From: an uncultured Thermoplasmata archaeon | GTDB lineage: Archaea > Thermoplasmatota > Thermoplasmata > Lutacidiplasmatales > UBA184 | DNA length: 64,000 nt | Reading direction: 5' to 3' | Assembly (NCBI GenBank): GCA_963749235.1 | Contig: CAVVLV010000001.1 | Span: forward strand, 1,083,039-1,147,038 | Shown: piece after piece, positions 17,923 to 27,625 of the stretch | How the letters are laid out: every line of letters starts with the position of its first letter | Numbering within the stretch: the first letter of the stretch is position 1 | Position numbers and translations under genes: made by a program | Notes under the pieces: generated by a model | Seen by the model: only the letters and a program-made list of their open reading frames with translations | Told to the model about the DNA's origin: nothing | Databases searched by the model: none

Positions 17923-19868
17923 CCGGCTTCGAGCTCCTGGAACGCGACGGCCTGGCGCGGCTCGGACGCCTCACCACCCCGCACGGTGCGATCGAGACGC
18001 CCGCCCTGCTACCGGTCGTCCACCCCGACCCGACCCGTCAGCCTGTGCGCCCGGAAGAGATGCGGGCACGCCTCGGTCTGGGAGCCGTGATCACGTCTTC
18101 GTACATCACGTGGCGAACGCCCCCGCTCCGCGCGATCGCCGAGCGGGACGGGATCCATCGACTCATCGGATTCTCCGGCCCGGTCATGACCGATTCGGGG
18201 GCGTTCCAGCAGCACGCCTACGGTTCGGTAGAGGTCGGCCCCGAGGAGATCCTCGCCTTCCAGGGCACGATCGGGTCCGACATCGCCACGGTCTTGGACG
18301 TGTTCACCGAGCCCGAGACCCCGTACGAGGAGGCCGCGGCCGCGCTCGACCTCACGATCGCCCGGTCGAAGGCGGCCCGCACCGCGCGGTCCGGCCTTCT
18401 CGCGGTGCCGGTCCAAGGCGGACCCCATGCGGAATTGCGCGCGCGCTCGGCCCGGGCCGCCAGCTCCCTCGGGGACGTGCTGGCGGTGGGGGGGGTCGTT
18501 CCGCTCCTCGAGCAGTATCGATTTGTCGAACTCGTCCGCGTCCTATCGGCGGCCCGACCGGATCTGACCCCGGGAGCGGCCGTGCACCTCTTCGGCGCGG
18601 GCCACCCGATGACGTTCGCCTTCGCCACACTGTTCGGGGTGGATCTGGTCGATTCGTCGGCCTACCAGAAGTTCGCCCGCCGCGGCCGACTCCTCTTCCC
18701 GGAAGGTACGGTAGCCATCGAAGACCTCGTCGAGCCGGTGTGCCGTTGCCCCCTCTGTGCCGAGCTCCCGCTCGCGAAGGTCGCGGGGCTTCCTCCCGCG
18801 GAGCGTGAGCCGCGAATCGCACTCCACAATCTCCTCACTTCCGCCGAGGAGATGGCCCGGGTCCGGCAGGCGATCCGCCAGGGCACGCTCTGGGAGCTCG
18901 CCGAGCGCCGCTCGGTCGCACACCCCGCGCTGCGCGCGGGCCTCGAGGAGATGAAGCGGCACGCGGAGGTCTTCCTCGCGACCGAGCCGGAAAGCCGGCC
19001 GGCGTTCCGCGAGATCGACCGGAGCAGCCGCGATCGGCCCGCCGTCGTCCGCTTCCGCCGCCGTCTCGATCTCTACCGCCGGGGCCGACCCCCGTCGCGA
19101 ACGGTGGGACGCCTCGGCCTGCGTCCCGAGTACCTCCAGCACGTGCCGCTCGAGGACTCCGCCGGTCAACCGCTGCGGTGGGAGACCGCGACGCCGCTCG
19201 GGCTGGTTCCTCTCGAGCTCACTGACCTCTACCCGGTCGGGCCGTACCTCGGGGTGGACGAGTTCCTCGACCCTCCCCGCCACCGCCCGCCCCGGCAGGT
19301 CCGAGAGGAGATCGAGGCCCAATTCCCTCCGGGATCTCTCCCCGATCGCGACTGGACCGAGGCCTGGACCCGATTCCAGACGAGGCAGTTATTGGAATGG
19401 CAGTACGGAGGGGCCGTCGCGGAGGTGCTCGGTCCGGTCGTCCGGGGGGAGCGGTCCCGTCGGACGGGTCGGCTCCGGGGGATCTCGGGGTCCCAGGACC
19501 CGTGGTTCGTCATCGGGACAGACGGGGTTCCGCACCCCACGTATCGTGGGGCGCAGCAGCTCCATCCCCTGATCCCGGCGCCCGCTCGAAGGGTCGTCGT
19601 ACAGGGGGACGCGGTCCCCTTTGTGCGCGCCGGACGGACGCTCTTTTCGCGGTTCGTCGCCGGGGCCGATCCCGACCTTGTGCCGGGAAGCTCGGCTCTG
19701 CTGGTCGATGACCAGGACGAGCTGTTGGCGGTCGGACGGCTACTTCTCGCCCCCCACGAGATGCGAGCCCTCGCCCGGGGGGTCGCGGTGCGGATCTCGT
19801 CCCACGCGACGTCGCCCGCACCCGAGGCGGAGGACGCGTCTCCCGACCCGGCCGCCGATTCGGAGTGA
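17919..19868 (+). CDS. tgtA: tRNA-guanine(15) transglycosylase (archaeosine tRNA-ribosyltransferase) with C-terminal PUA-type domains
   Basis: The ATG at 17919 overlaps the udg stop (ATGA). The 649-aa protein begins [34 protein letters not shown], and has VMTDSGAFQ, the Zn site CRCPLC...H, and a C-terminal extension typical of ArcTGT. Confidence 0.9.
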   Translation: [649 protein letters not shown]

Positions 19869-19921
19869 GCCTTATCTCCGCCCGGACCCTCGTCGCCAAC
19901 GGTCCGATCGGAACCGATGCG

Positions 19922-20152
19922 ATGACGAAGACGTTCCTTCTCCTTCAGCTCGATAGCGAGGGCGCCCCTTACTCCGACATCGCCTCCTGCCTCGAGAACA
20001 TGGGGTTCCGCGAGGAGACCGAAGGCTACGACTTCGTCTACGAGTGGGGTCGAGAGGTCACGGTAGGCGAGTCGCTCGACTTTGCCGACCGCGTGCAGCT
20101 CGCCATCCGCGGCAAGAAGGTCCTCTTCCGCGTCGAATCGTCGGAAGAGTAG
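19922..20152 (+). CDS. hypothetical small acidic protein (76 aa)
   Basis: The internal ATG at 19922 in ORF 19865..20152 gives MTKTFLLLQLDSEGAPYSDIASCLENMGF... Its composition and codon bias look coding, but I recognise no motif. Confidence 0.5.
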   Translation: MTKTFLLLQLDSEGAPYSDIASCLENMGFREETEGYDFVYEWGREVTVGESLDFADRVQLAIRGKKVLFRVESSEE

Positions 20153-20178
20153 GCACCGGTCCGCCCGTCCGGCCCCCG

Positions 20179-20184
20179 TTATAA
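20179..20184 (+). promoter_or_regulatory. TATA-like box (gTTATAAc), 23 nt upstream of the kae1 ATG
   Basis: This is the only AT-rich element in the 54-bp gap before 20207. The spacing fits a leaderless transcript. Confidence 0.4.
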
Positions 20185-20206
20185 CCCGTTCTTCGTTCTT
20201 GCGACG

Positions 20207-21193
20207 ATGGTCGTCCTGGGCATCGAATCGACGGCCCATACGGCCTCCGTCGGGCTGGTCGACGACGAGGCCCACGTGCTCGGCATGAGCTCGGACATGC
20301 ACCGCCCCGTGAAGGGAGGGATCCATCCCCGCGAGGCGGCGAACCATCACGTCGACGTGTTCCCGGCCCTCGTGGAGCAAGCGTTGGCCGCGGCCTCCGT
20401 GCGCCCGTCCGAGATCGAGGCGGTCGCGTTCGCCCAGGGGCCGGGGCTGGGCCCATGCCTCCGCGCCGGGGCGACTGTCGCGCGGATGCTTTCCTTGGCG
20501 TGGGATCGCCCTCTTGTTCCGGTGAACCACTGCGTCGCGCACGTCGAGATCGCGCGCGTGCTGAGTGGCCTGGACGACCCCCTTCTCCTGTACGCGAGCG
20601 GAGGGAACACGCAAGTGATCGCCTACGGCCGAGGTCGGTACCGGGTCCTGGGCGAGACGCTCGACATTGGGATCGGGAACTTCCTGGACAAGCTCTGGAT
20701 CGAGCTCGGCGGGACCTTCCCGGGCGGTCCTCAGCTCGAGCAGGACGCGCGGAAGGGCTCGGAGCTCCTTGCGCTGCCCTACTCGGTCCACGGGATGGAC
20801 GTCGCGTTCTCCGGGATGCTCACGGCGGCGCTCGCCCTTCACGCTCGCGGCGCACGCCGCGCCGACCTCTCCTACTCGGTCGAGGTCACCGCCTACGCGA
20901 TGCTGACCGAGATCACCGAACGAGCGGTCGCTCACCGCCGGCACGATGCCGTGGTCCTGGGAGGGGGCGTGGCGTGCAACGAGCGGTTGCGGGGAATGGT
21001 CCGAGAGATGGTGGAGAGTCGCGGAGGAACGATGTTCGCACCTCCTCGAAACCTGTGCGTCGACAACGGAGCGATGATCGCGTGGACCGGCCTGCTCGCG
21101 CACCGGGCGGGCCTTTCGGTCCTCGTGGAGGATTCCGCCGTACTGCCTCGCCAGCGAACCGACTTGGTCCCGACCCCGTGGCGAGTCAGCTAG
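20207..21193 (+). CDS. kae1: tRNA N6-adenosine threonylcarbamoyltransferase Kae1 (stand-alone, no Bud32 fusion)
   Basis: ORF 20207..21193 reads VLGIESTAHTASVG..., with metal-binding VNHCVAHVE, then LYASGGNTQV and CVDNGAMIAW. Confidence 0.95.
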   Translation: MVVLGIESTAHTASVGLVDDEAHVLGMSSDMHRPVKGGIHPREAANHHVDVFPALVEQALAAASVRPSEIEAVAFAQGPGLGPCLRAGATVARMLSLAWDRPLVPVNHCVAHVEIARVLSGLDDPLLLYASGGNTQVIAYGRGRYRVLGETLDIGIGNFLDKLWIELGGTFPGGPQLEQDARKGSELLALPYSVHGMDVAFSGMLTAALALHARGARRADLSYSVEVTAYAMLTEITERAVAHRRHDAVVLGGGVACNERLRGMVREMVESRGGTMFAPPRNLCVDNGAMIAWTGLLAHRAGLSVLVEDSAVLPRQRTDLVPTPWRVS

Positions 21194-21266
21194 GCTCGGC
21201 CGGGCCCTCTGCGGTCGAGCCTGAACCCCGATGGAGTGATGCGCCGGACGGGATTCCGGGAGGGCG

Positions 21267-21716
21267 ATGTCGCCCCGACGGAGGAACTGGCTGGTCCTCG
21301 CGGGGATCCTCGCGGCCGTCGGGATCGTGATCTCCCTTGTGATCCTGTTCAGCCCGCTACCGGGAGGATCCTCGGGAGAGGAGCTCGTCAACGGGAAGCT
21401 CTACTCGTTCGAATCCGAGTCGATCTTCGGAGGGGCCGCGTGGCTCAACTACTCGTACCGCGGCGTGACATTCGGGTTCCACCTCTGGTGCCTCGTCACC
21501 CCCGCCTTCGGGGAGGTATGCGGGAACGCGACCGAGCCGAGCGGGGTCTCGTATGCCTACGCTTTCTCCGACGGACCTCCGGAGTTCCACGTTACCTGGC
21601 AGACCTGGGTCGCCCCCGACGCCCACGAAGCGGTCGAGTACCCGGCAGGGGGGCACCATCCACCTCCTGGTCGCCGAGTGAGCCGATCCGGGGCTCACCA
21701 AACCCACGGTTATTAG
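21267..21716 (+). CDS. membrane-anchored hypothetical protein
   Basis: ORF 21267..21716 has an N-terminal TM (WLVLAGILAAVGIVISLVILF) followed by a soluble domain. The tail after a G6 run (about 21649-21654) turns R/P/H-rich. An alternative frame ends ...GGTIHLLVAE*, so the 3' end is uncertain. Confidence 0.5.
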   Translation: MSPRRRNWLVLAGILAAVGIVISLVILFSPLPGGSSGEELVNGKLYSFESESIFGGAAWLNYSYRGVTFGFHLWCLVTPAFGEVCGNATEPSGVSYAYAFSDGPPEFHVTWQTWVAPDAHEAVEYPAGGHHPPPGRRVSRSGAHQTHGY

Positions 21717-21734
21717 TCGCTCCCCTCTCGGTGG

Positions 21735-22979
21735 GTGCCCATGGACGTCGATGTGCTCGTTGTCGGAGCCGGACCGGGGGGTTCGACCGTCGCGGATCGG
21801 CTCGCCCGCCAAGGGCACCAGGTTCTGGTCGTCGAAGAACACGCCCGAGTAGGGATCCCCGTCCAGTGCGCGGGGCTCGTTTCGCAACGAGCGCTCGACC
21901 TCGCGGGGTCGACCGGGATGGTCCGAACCCCCGTCCGCGGCGCGTCGGTGTTCGGCCCTTCTCTGGGCTCGCTGACCTTCAAGGCCCCGGAACCGCGCGC
22001 CTTCGTCATCGACCGGGCGGGCCTCGACATCCATCTCGCGGATCGCGCCGCCCGCGCGGGAGCGGAGTTTCGCACGTCGACCCGTTTCGACCGGCTCCGA
22101 GGGACCGAGGGTGGCCGCTCCACTGTCGAGCTGACCGGCCCCGACCGGCAGAAGTTCGAGGTCCGGGCCCGCCTCGTGGTCGGGGCCGATGGCGTGGCGA
22201 GTGCCGTGGCTCGCGCGTTCCGACTGAGGCGCCCCGTCGAGATCCTCCCGGCATTCGAGGCCGAGTTCCCACGGAGCCCCGGGGACCCCGAAACGGTCGA
22301 GGTCTACCTCGGGCGCCGCCTCTCCCCCGGGTTGTTCGGCTGGTGGATCCCCGACGGGAACGGGGGCGCGCGGGTGGGGGTTGCCGTCGAGGCGGACGGA
22401 ACCTCCGCGCGGGAGTACTTCGATCGATTGGTGCTCCATTTGGAGCGTCGGTTCGGCGCTCGTCCGGCGAGCCCGACGGCGTTCCTCGTCTCCGGCATCC
22501 CGATCGGGCTGGTGCCGAAGACGCACGGCGCGGGCGTGCTCTTGGTCGGGGACGCAGCTGCCCAGGTGAAACCGCTCTCCGGAGGAGGGATCTTCACCGG
22601 AATGCGCTGCGCCGAGATTGCGGCGACGGTCGCCCATGAAGCCCTCGGACGAGGCGACCTCAGCGCGGGGTTCCTCGCGGAGTACGATCGGCAGTGGCAC
22701 GCCGAGTTCGGGGAGGAGTTCCACCGTGCGCTCTACTTGCGCCGGGTCTTTCAGCGCCTCAACGACCCCGATCTGGATCGGCTGATCGCCGCGCTCCAGG
22801 GATCCGAGCTCGCTGCCACGATCGTTGCGTTCGGCGACATCGACTTCCCGACGCACGTGGCGCGGCAGTTGTTGCGTCAGTCCCCGTCGCTCGTCCGGCT
22901 GCTTCCGAAGGCCCTCGGGGCCTGGGTCTCCGCCGGAACGGGACGTGCTCCCGACCTGGAATTCGACCGGCGGAAGTAG
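21735..22979 (+). CDS. geranylgeranyl reductase family FAD-dependent oxidoreductase (digeranylgeranylglycerophospholipid reductase-like)
   Basis: ORF 21735..22979 has the FAD motif DVLVVGAGPGGSTVA, and later LVGDAAAQVKPLSGGGI, characteristic of the GGR family. Confidence 0.85.
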   Translation: MPMDVDVLVVGAGPGGSTVADRLARQGHQVLVVEEHARVGIPVQCAGLVSQRALDLAGSTGMVRTPVRGASVFGPSLGSLTFKAPEPRAFVIDRAGLDIHLADRAARAGAEFRTSTRFDRLRGTEGGRSTVELTGPDRQKFEVRARLVVGADGVASAVARAFRLRRPVEILPAFEAEFPRSPGDPETVEVYLGRRLSPGLFGWWIPDGNGGARVGVAVEADGTSAREYFDRLVLHLERRFGARPASPTAFLVSGIPIGLVPKTHGAGVLLVGDAAAQVKPLSGGGIFTGMRCAEIAATVAHEALGRGDLSAGFLAEYDRQWHAEFGEEFHRALYLRRVFQRLNDPDLDRLIAALQGSELAATIVAFGDIDFPTHVARQLLRQSPSLVRLLPKALGAWVSAGTGRAPDLEFDRRK

Positions 22980-23676
22980 ATCCAGGCGCCGATCGCGACC
23001 ACGATGAGCCCGGCTCCGAGCACCGCCCAGATCGCGTACTCGAAATCGTTCGACTGGACCAGGATGCTGGTCTCAGGCAGGATGCCCGAGACTCCGAGTC
23101 GACTCAGGTTGACATTGGTACTGCCGTTCGGCCCGGTGGTCGCGGCGGACCAGGTCGCCGCGCTGAACCAGCCGCGGGAGTCGAGCACGTAGGCGGTCCC
23201 GTTCTCGACGAACCTTAACGCCGTGCGGACGGCGAACGTCCCAGCGGGTGTCGAGGCCGCGGTCTGCACCGGTATCGAGATCGAGACCGACCCTTGCGCA
23301 GCCAGGTTCCCGAGCGAATCGTTGATTTCGAGACCCGACGCGGTCCCGTTCGAAAGGACGGGAGCCGAGGCCACGGCGACCCCCGAAGTGGCGTTCCCCG
23401 GGAACGTGTTGAACGCGTACACGCCGACGGTCAGGACCGTCTTGGTTAGCGAGCCGGGCAACGGATCGGCGACCCTAAAGGAGATCGCTCCGCTCGAACC
23501 GGGAGCCAGCTCCACCCCCGAGAGGTTGCTGACGAACAGCCGGTCCAGCGCCAGAGGGAGCGGCGGGGCCCCGGCGCCCGGACCGGCGGTGCGGAGATCG
23601 AAACGGCGGCGATGAGCCCTACGACCAGCAGGGTGGCCGGGAGAACGAACCGTCCGACCGGAGCCGGCCTAGGCAC
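22877..23676 (-). CDS. bitopic surface protein (signal anchor, N-glycosylation sequons, C-terminal TM), split by a frameshift
   Basis: The signal/TM segment GRFVLPATLLVVGLIAAVSISAPP lies in the frame of ORF 23446..23781 (GTG at 23676). The body lies in ORF 22877..23515 (PLPLALDRLFVSNLSGVELAPG..., sequons NAT, NGT, NGS, NLS, C-terminal TM AIWAVLGAGLIVVAIGAWIYF). The switch falls in the G/C runs at about 23560-23590. Confidence 0.55.
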
Positions 23677-24571
23677 CGGGCTCCTCCGGGTACTGCCCGC
23701 TCTCGGCCCACTCCATGAGGCGCCGAATCCGAGCGGCAGCCTGCCGCTGCCCCCGTCGGCCGCCCACACCAAGGAAGGCACTGGCCGAAAGGGGAGGCAG
23801 CGCGGGGGGAGCGAAGCGAGAGGCCTTGTACAGGGCCCGGGCCAGCGCCCGTGGGCGTCCGGTCAGCTCGACGGCGATCCGGTCGGCTCTCAACTCCTCG
23901 CGGGCCGTGAGCCGATCGGCGCAGAACGCCAGGATCGGGTCCCAGCGCATCATGCGCGAGAGGGTGCGGAAGAACGTGAGGTAGCGACCGTCCAGCTCCC
24001 GGACGTGGCCGAGCTCGTGCGCGACCACCGTCTCGACCTCGCTTTCCGTCAGTTGGCCGAGCAATCCCTCCGAAAGGAGGATCACATCGCGCCGGCGGAG
24101 GACCCGCGGACCCCCCCGCTCGAGAAGAGTGAAGGTAAACGCATTGGGCGAGGCGGACGCGAAGGCGAGGAGCGAGGTCGGGGTCGATGGCGAGGGCAGT
24201 CGCGACGGCCAAGGGAGCGGTCGGGTCCGGAAGAGCACGACGAACCCCCTCCCCACAGCTTGGCTCAGGACGAATGCGGCGAGGAAGATGACGAACGCTC
24301 CGACCGCCCCGGCGAGCCACCACGCCCCGAACCGCCATTGGAAGAGTAGGAGCGGGGTGTGGACGAGGGCCACCATCGCGCTCCAACCCCCGTTGAGGGC
24401 GACCCAGAGGAGTCCCGTGGTGGCGAAGAGGGCCCAGAATCCGAGGAAGAGGGCCGCGAGGCGGAAGACCGCGGGCGAGGTACCTCTCCGGTAGGCGACC
24501 AGGACGCTCACCCCGACCGCGACCCAGGCCAAGATCGGGAGGGCCAAGAGCGCGATCGGCGCGACGCCCAT
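23669..24571 (-). CDS. BlaR1/HtpX-like membrane zinc metalloprotease (M48/M56 family)
   Basis: ORF 23669..24571 has four N-terminal TM helices followed by the HExxH motif VVAHELGHV. Confidence 0.75.
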   Translation of the reverse strand: MGVAPIALLALPILAWVAVGVSVLVAYRRGTSPAVFRLAALFLGFWALFATTGLLWVALNGGWSAMVALVHTPLLLFQWRFGAWWLAGAVGAFVIFLAAFVLSQAVGRGFVVLFRTRPLPWPSRLPSPSTPTSLLAFASASPNAFTFTLLERGGPRVLRRRDVILLSEGLLGQLTESEVETVVAHELGHVRELDGRYLTFFRTLSRMMRWDPILAFCADRLTAREELRADRIAVELTGRPRALARALYKASRFAPPALPPLSASAFLGVGGRRGQRQAAARIRRLMEWAESGQYPEEPGA

Positions 24572-24585
24572 GCGACCTCCGCGGT

Positions 24586-24945
24586 CTACTCCAGCCCGAG
24601 GCGGCGTCGGAGTTGGTGCTCTTCCGAGGGGTTCAATTTCGCGATCTCCTCGTTCAGATGCACCACTCCTGCGGGCCCGAACATGGCGACGACTCCGCGG
24701 AGCAAGTTGATGAGGTATTTCTGCTCGACCTCCGCTGTACGGTAGACGTAGCGCTCCCCGCCCCGACAGGTCTCCCGACGACGTTTGACCAGTCCCTTCT
24801 CGAACAGCCGGGACAAGATGGTCGCGACCGTGGTGTAGGCGACCCGAGTTCCCCGCTTGGCCAGCGAGCTCCGGACGGCGGCGGCGGGCGCCTCCCCCAG
24901 TTCCCGGAGCGAGGTCATCACCTCTGTTTCGAGGGAACCGAGCAT
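24586..24945 (-). CDS. BlaI/MecI/CopY-family transcriptional repressor
   Basis: ORF 24586..24945 reads LETEVMTSLRELGEAPAAAVRSSLAKRGTRVAYTTVATILSRLFEKGLVKR..., a winged-helix penicillinase-repressor pattern. It lies immediately upstream of the BlaR1-like gene. Confidence 0.8.
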   Translation of the reverse strand: MLGSLETEVMTSLRELGEAPAAAVRSSLAKRGTRVAYTTVATILSRLFEKGLVKRRRETCRGGERYVYRTAEVEQKYLINLLRGVVAMFGPAGVVHLNEEIAKLNPSEEHQLRRRLGLE

Positions 24946-25090
24946 GCCGCGTTACCGGGCGATTCGAGGGGGCGTGGCTCCTTAATAGGTGCGACCCACA
25001 GGAACGTATGAGTACATACGAGTCGGACCCGATCGGCGGCCCGGCTCGACACCGGTCAAGGGTTTATGGCCGGGCCCCTCTCGCGCGTCC

Positions 25091-26492
25091 GTGACGCCCG
25101 ACGGTCCCCGGCCCCAGAGCATCCTCGACCTCGTCGGGAACACGCCCGTCGTCCCTCTTCGCCGCGTCACCCAAGGGCTTCCCTACACGGTCCTGGCCAA
25201 GCTCGAATACCTGAACCCGGGTGGCTCGGTCAAGGACCGGATCGGGGCCGCGATGGTCGACGATGCGGAGCGTCGGGGCCTTCTGAAGCCCGGGGGCACG
25301 ATCGTGGAAGCGACCAGCGGAAACACCGGCGTGGGTCTCGCGCTGGTGGCGGCCGTTCGGGGCTACCGGGTCGTCTTCGTCCTCCCCGACAAGATGAGCA
25401 CCGAGAAGATCCGACTCCTTCGAGCCTACGGCGCCCGCGTGGTGGTCACGCCGAGCGGGCTCGCGCCCGACCATCCCATGAGCCACTACTCGGTGGCCCG
25501 GCGGCTCGCGCTCGAGATCCCGGGCGCCTGCTATCCGAACCAGTACGAGAACCAGGCAAACCCGGACGCCCACTACCGGACCACCGGGCCCGAGATCGAT
25601 CGGGATGGAGGCCCCGAGCTCGCTGCCGTCATCGCCACGGTCGGTACGGGGGGCACCTTGAGCGGGGTGGGGCGGTACTTCAAGGAGCACCGGCCGGCCG
25701 TGCGGATCGTCGCGGTCGATCCCGCGGGCTCCCTCCTCGGGCCGTACTTCCGGACTCGGTACTCTGGGCAAGGCGACGCCGTACGCGGTCGAGGGAATTG
25801 GAGAGGACATGATCCCGCAATCGATCCACTTCCAGTACATGGACGAGTTCGTCGAGGTCAACGACCAGGAGTCGTTCCAGATGGCCCGTCGACTGGCGCG
25901 GGAGGAAGGCATGTTCGTCGGGGGATCCTCGGGTTCCGCGGTCGCCGGTGCGGTGAAGTGGCTTGCGAAGCGGCCCATCCCCGAAGGCTCGACCGTCTTG
26001 GTCCTGCTCCCGGATTCGGGCGATCGCTACCTCTCGAAGTTCTACTCCGACGATTGGTTGCGAGAGAAGGGCTTCCTCGACGTCGGGGCCAGTGCTCGGG
26101 AGCTCCTGACCCGAAAGACGGCCACGCCCGCGCTAGTGGCGGCGGACCCGACAACCGTCGTGAAGGACGCCCTTGCCCTCCTGCGGCATCACGGGATATC
26201 GGCGATGCCGGTGCTCTCGGGATTTGAGAACGTGGGCAGCATCCATGAGGACGATGTGCTTCGGCGTACCCTCGCCGATGAGACCGCATCCCTCCGTACG
26301 GTCCAATCCATCCTTCAGCCCCCCTTCCCGGAGGTCTCGGCCGACGCCCCGGTGGGAGAAGTGCTCCACCGGTTCAAGGAAGAACCGACCCTGCTCGTGC
26401 GGGACCCCGGTACGGGAGCGCCGCTCGGCGTTTTGACCCGGCACGACCTGGTCGCTTTCCTTTCCGAGCAGGGAGGTTCGCATGCGCTTTAG
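25091..26492 (+). CDS. cystathionine beta-synthase (PLP domain plus a tandem CBS pair), split by a frameshift
   Basis: ORF 24989..26227 carries the PLP domain (NPGGSVKDRIG, TSGNTGVGLA, GTGGTLSG). ORF 25809..26492 carries the rest (AVEGIGEDMIP in its upstream frame, GGSSGSAV) and the CBS pair. An extra base sits at about 25757. The start is uncertain: GTG 25091, or ATG 25066 in another frame. Confidence 0.85.
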
Positions 26493-27624
26493 TACCCGGG
26501 TCATCCACGACGGGCAACCGGTCGACGCCGCGACGGGGGCCGTGAGCCCACCGATCTATCTCGCCAGCACATTCCGCCAAAGCGCCCCGAACGAGAATCA
26601 GGGGTACGTTTACAGCCGATCCGGCAATCCCACCCGGGCGATCCTGGAGTCCGCCCTCGGCGCGCTCGAAGGCGGTGTGGGGGGCCTCGCCTTCTCCTCC
26701 GGGCTCGGAGCCCTCACCACTCTCCTCGAATCTCTCCCCTCGGGCAGTCGGATCGTTTCGGTCAACGACCTGTACGGCGGCTCCTGGCGTCTGTTCGAGC
26801 ATCACCGCCGCCAGTTCGGGTTGAACGTGGAGTATGCCGACCTCTCCGAGCCCGCGACCCTCGAATCGGCGCTCGCCCAGAAGGCCGACCTTCTCTATAT
26901 CGAGACCCCAACCAACCCGCTCCTCCACCTGGTCGACCTACGCGCCGCGGTCCGGGCGGCCCGGGCAGTGAAGGCCCGCGTCGTCGTGGACAACACGTTC
27001 GCCACCCCGGCCCTGCAACGACCGATCGAATTCGGCGCGGACATCGTGCTCCACTCCACGACCAAGTACCTGGGCGGTCACTCGGACGTCGTCGGCGGCG
27101 CGCTCGTCTTCCGGACGCGGAAGGACCTCGAGCGGATGACTTGGCTGCAGAACGCCGTCGGAGCGGTGCCGGGGCCGTTCGATTGCTTCCTCGTCCTCCG
27201 CGGCATCCGAACCCTCAGCGTCCGCATGCGGGCCCACGGCGAGAGCGCGCGCGCGGTTGCGGAGGAACTGGAAGGGCACCGGAAAGTGCGTGAAGTGCAC
27301 TACCCCGGGCTACGCTCCCATCCCCAGCATGCGCTCGCCCGCCGGCAGATGCACGGGTATGGCGGGATCGTCAGCGTCGACCTCCGCACGTCCAAATCCG
27401 GCGTCCTTCGGTTCCTGCGCTCCCTCTCGATATTTACGCTCGCCGAGAGCTTGGGCGCGGTCGAGTCGCTGGTCGACCATCCCGCCACGATGACCCACGC
27501 GAGCGTGCCGAAGTCGGAGCGCGAGGCGCACGGGGTGACGGACGGACTCGTTCGACTCTCCTGCGGCATCGAGGACCCGGCCGACCTGGCGGACGACGTA
27601 CGGCGCGCGCTCCGGAAGGTCTAG
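26482..27624 (+). CDS. cystathionine gamma-lyase/synthase family PLP enzyme
   Basis: ORF 26482..27624 begins [12 protein letters not shown]... The PLP-lysine context is [16 protein letters not shown]. It overlaps the CBS gene's end by 11 nt. Confidence 0.9.
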   Translation: MRFSTRVIHDGQPVDAATGAVSPPIYLASTFRQSAPNENQGYVYSRSGNPTRAILESALGALEGGVGGLAFSSGLGALTTLLESLPSGSRIVSVNDLYGGSWRLFEHHRRQFGLNVEYADLSEPATLESALAQKADLLYIETPTNPLLHLVDLRAAVRAARAVKARVVVDNTFATPALQRPIEFGADIVLHSTTKYLGGHSDVVGGALVFRTRKDLERMTWLQNAVGAVPGPFDCFLVLRGIRTLSVRMRAHGESARAVAEELEGHRKVREVHYPGLRSHPQHALARRQMHGYGGIVSVDLRTSKSGVLRFLRSLSIFTLAESLGAVESLVDHPATMTHASVPKSEREAHGVTDGLVRLSCGIEDPADLADDVRRALRKV

Positions 27625-27625
27625 C

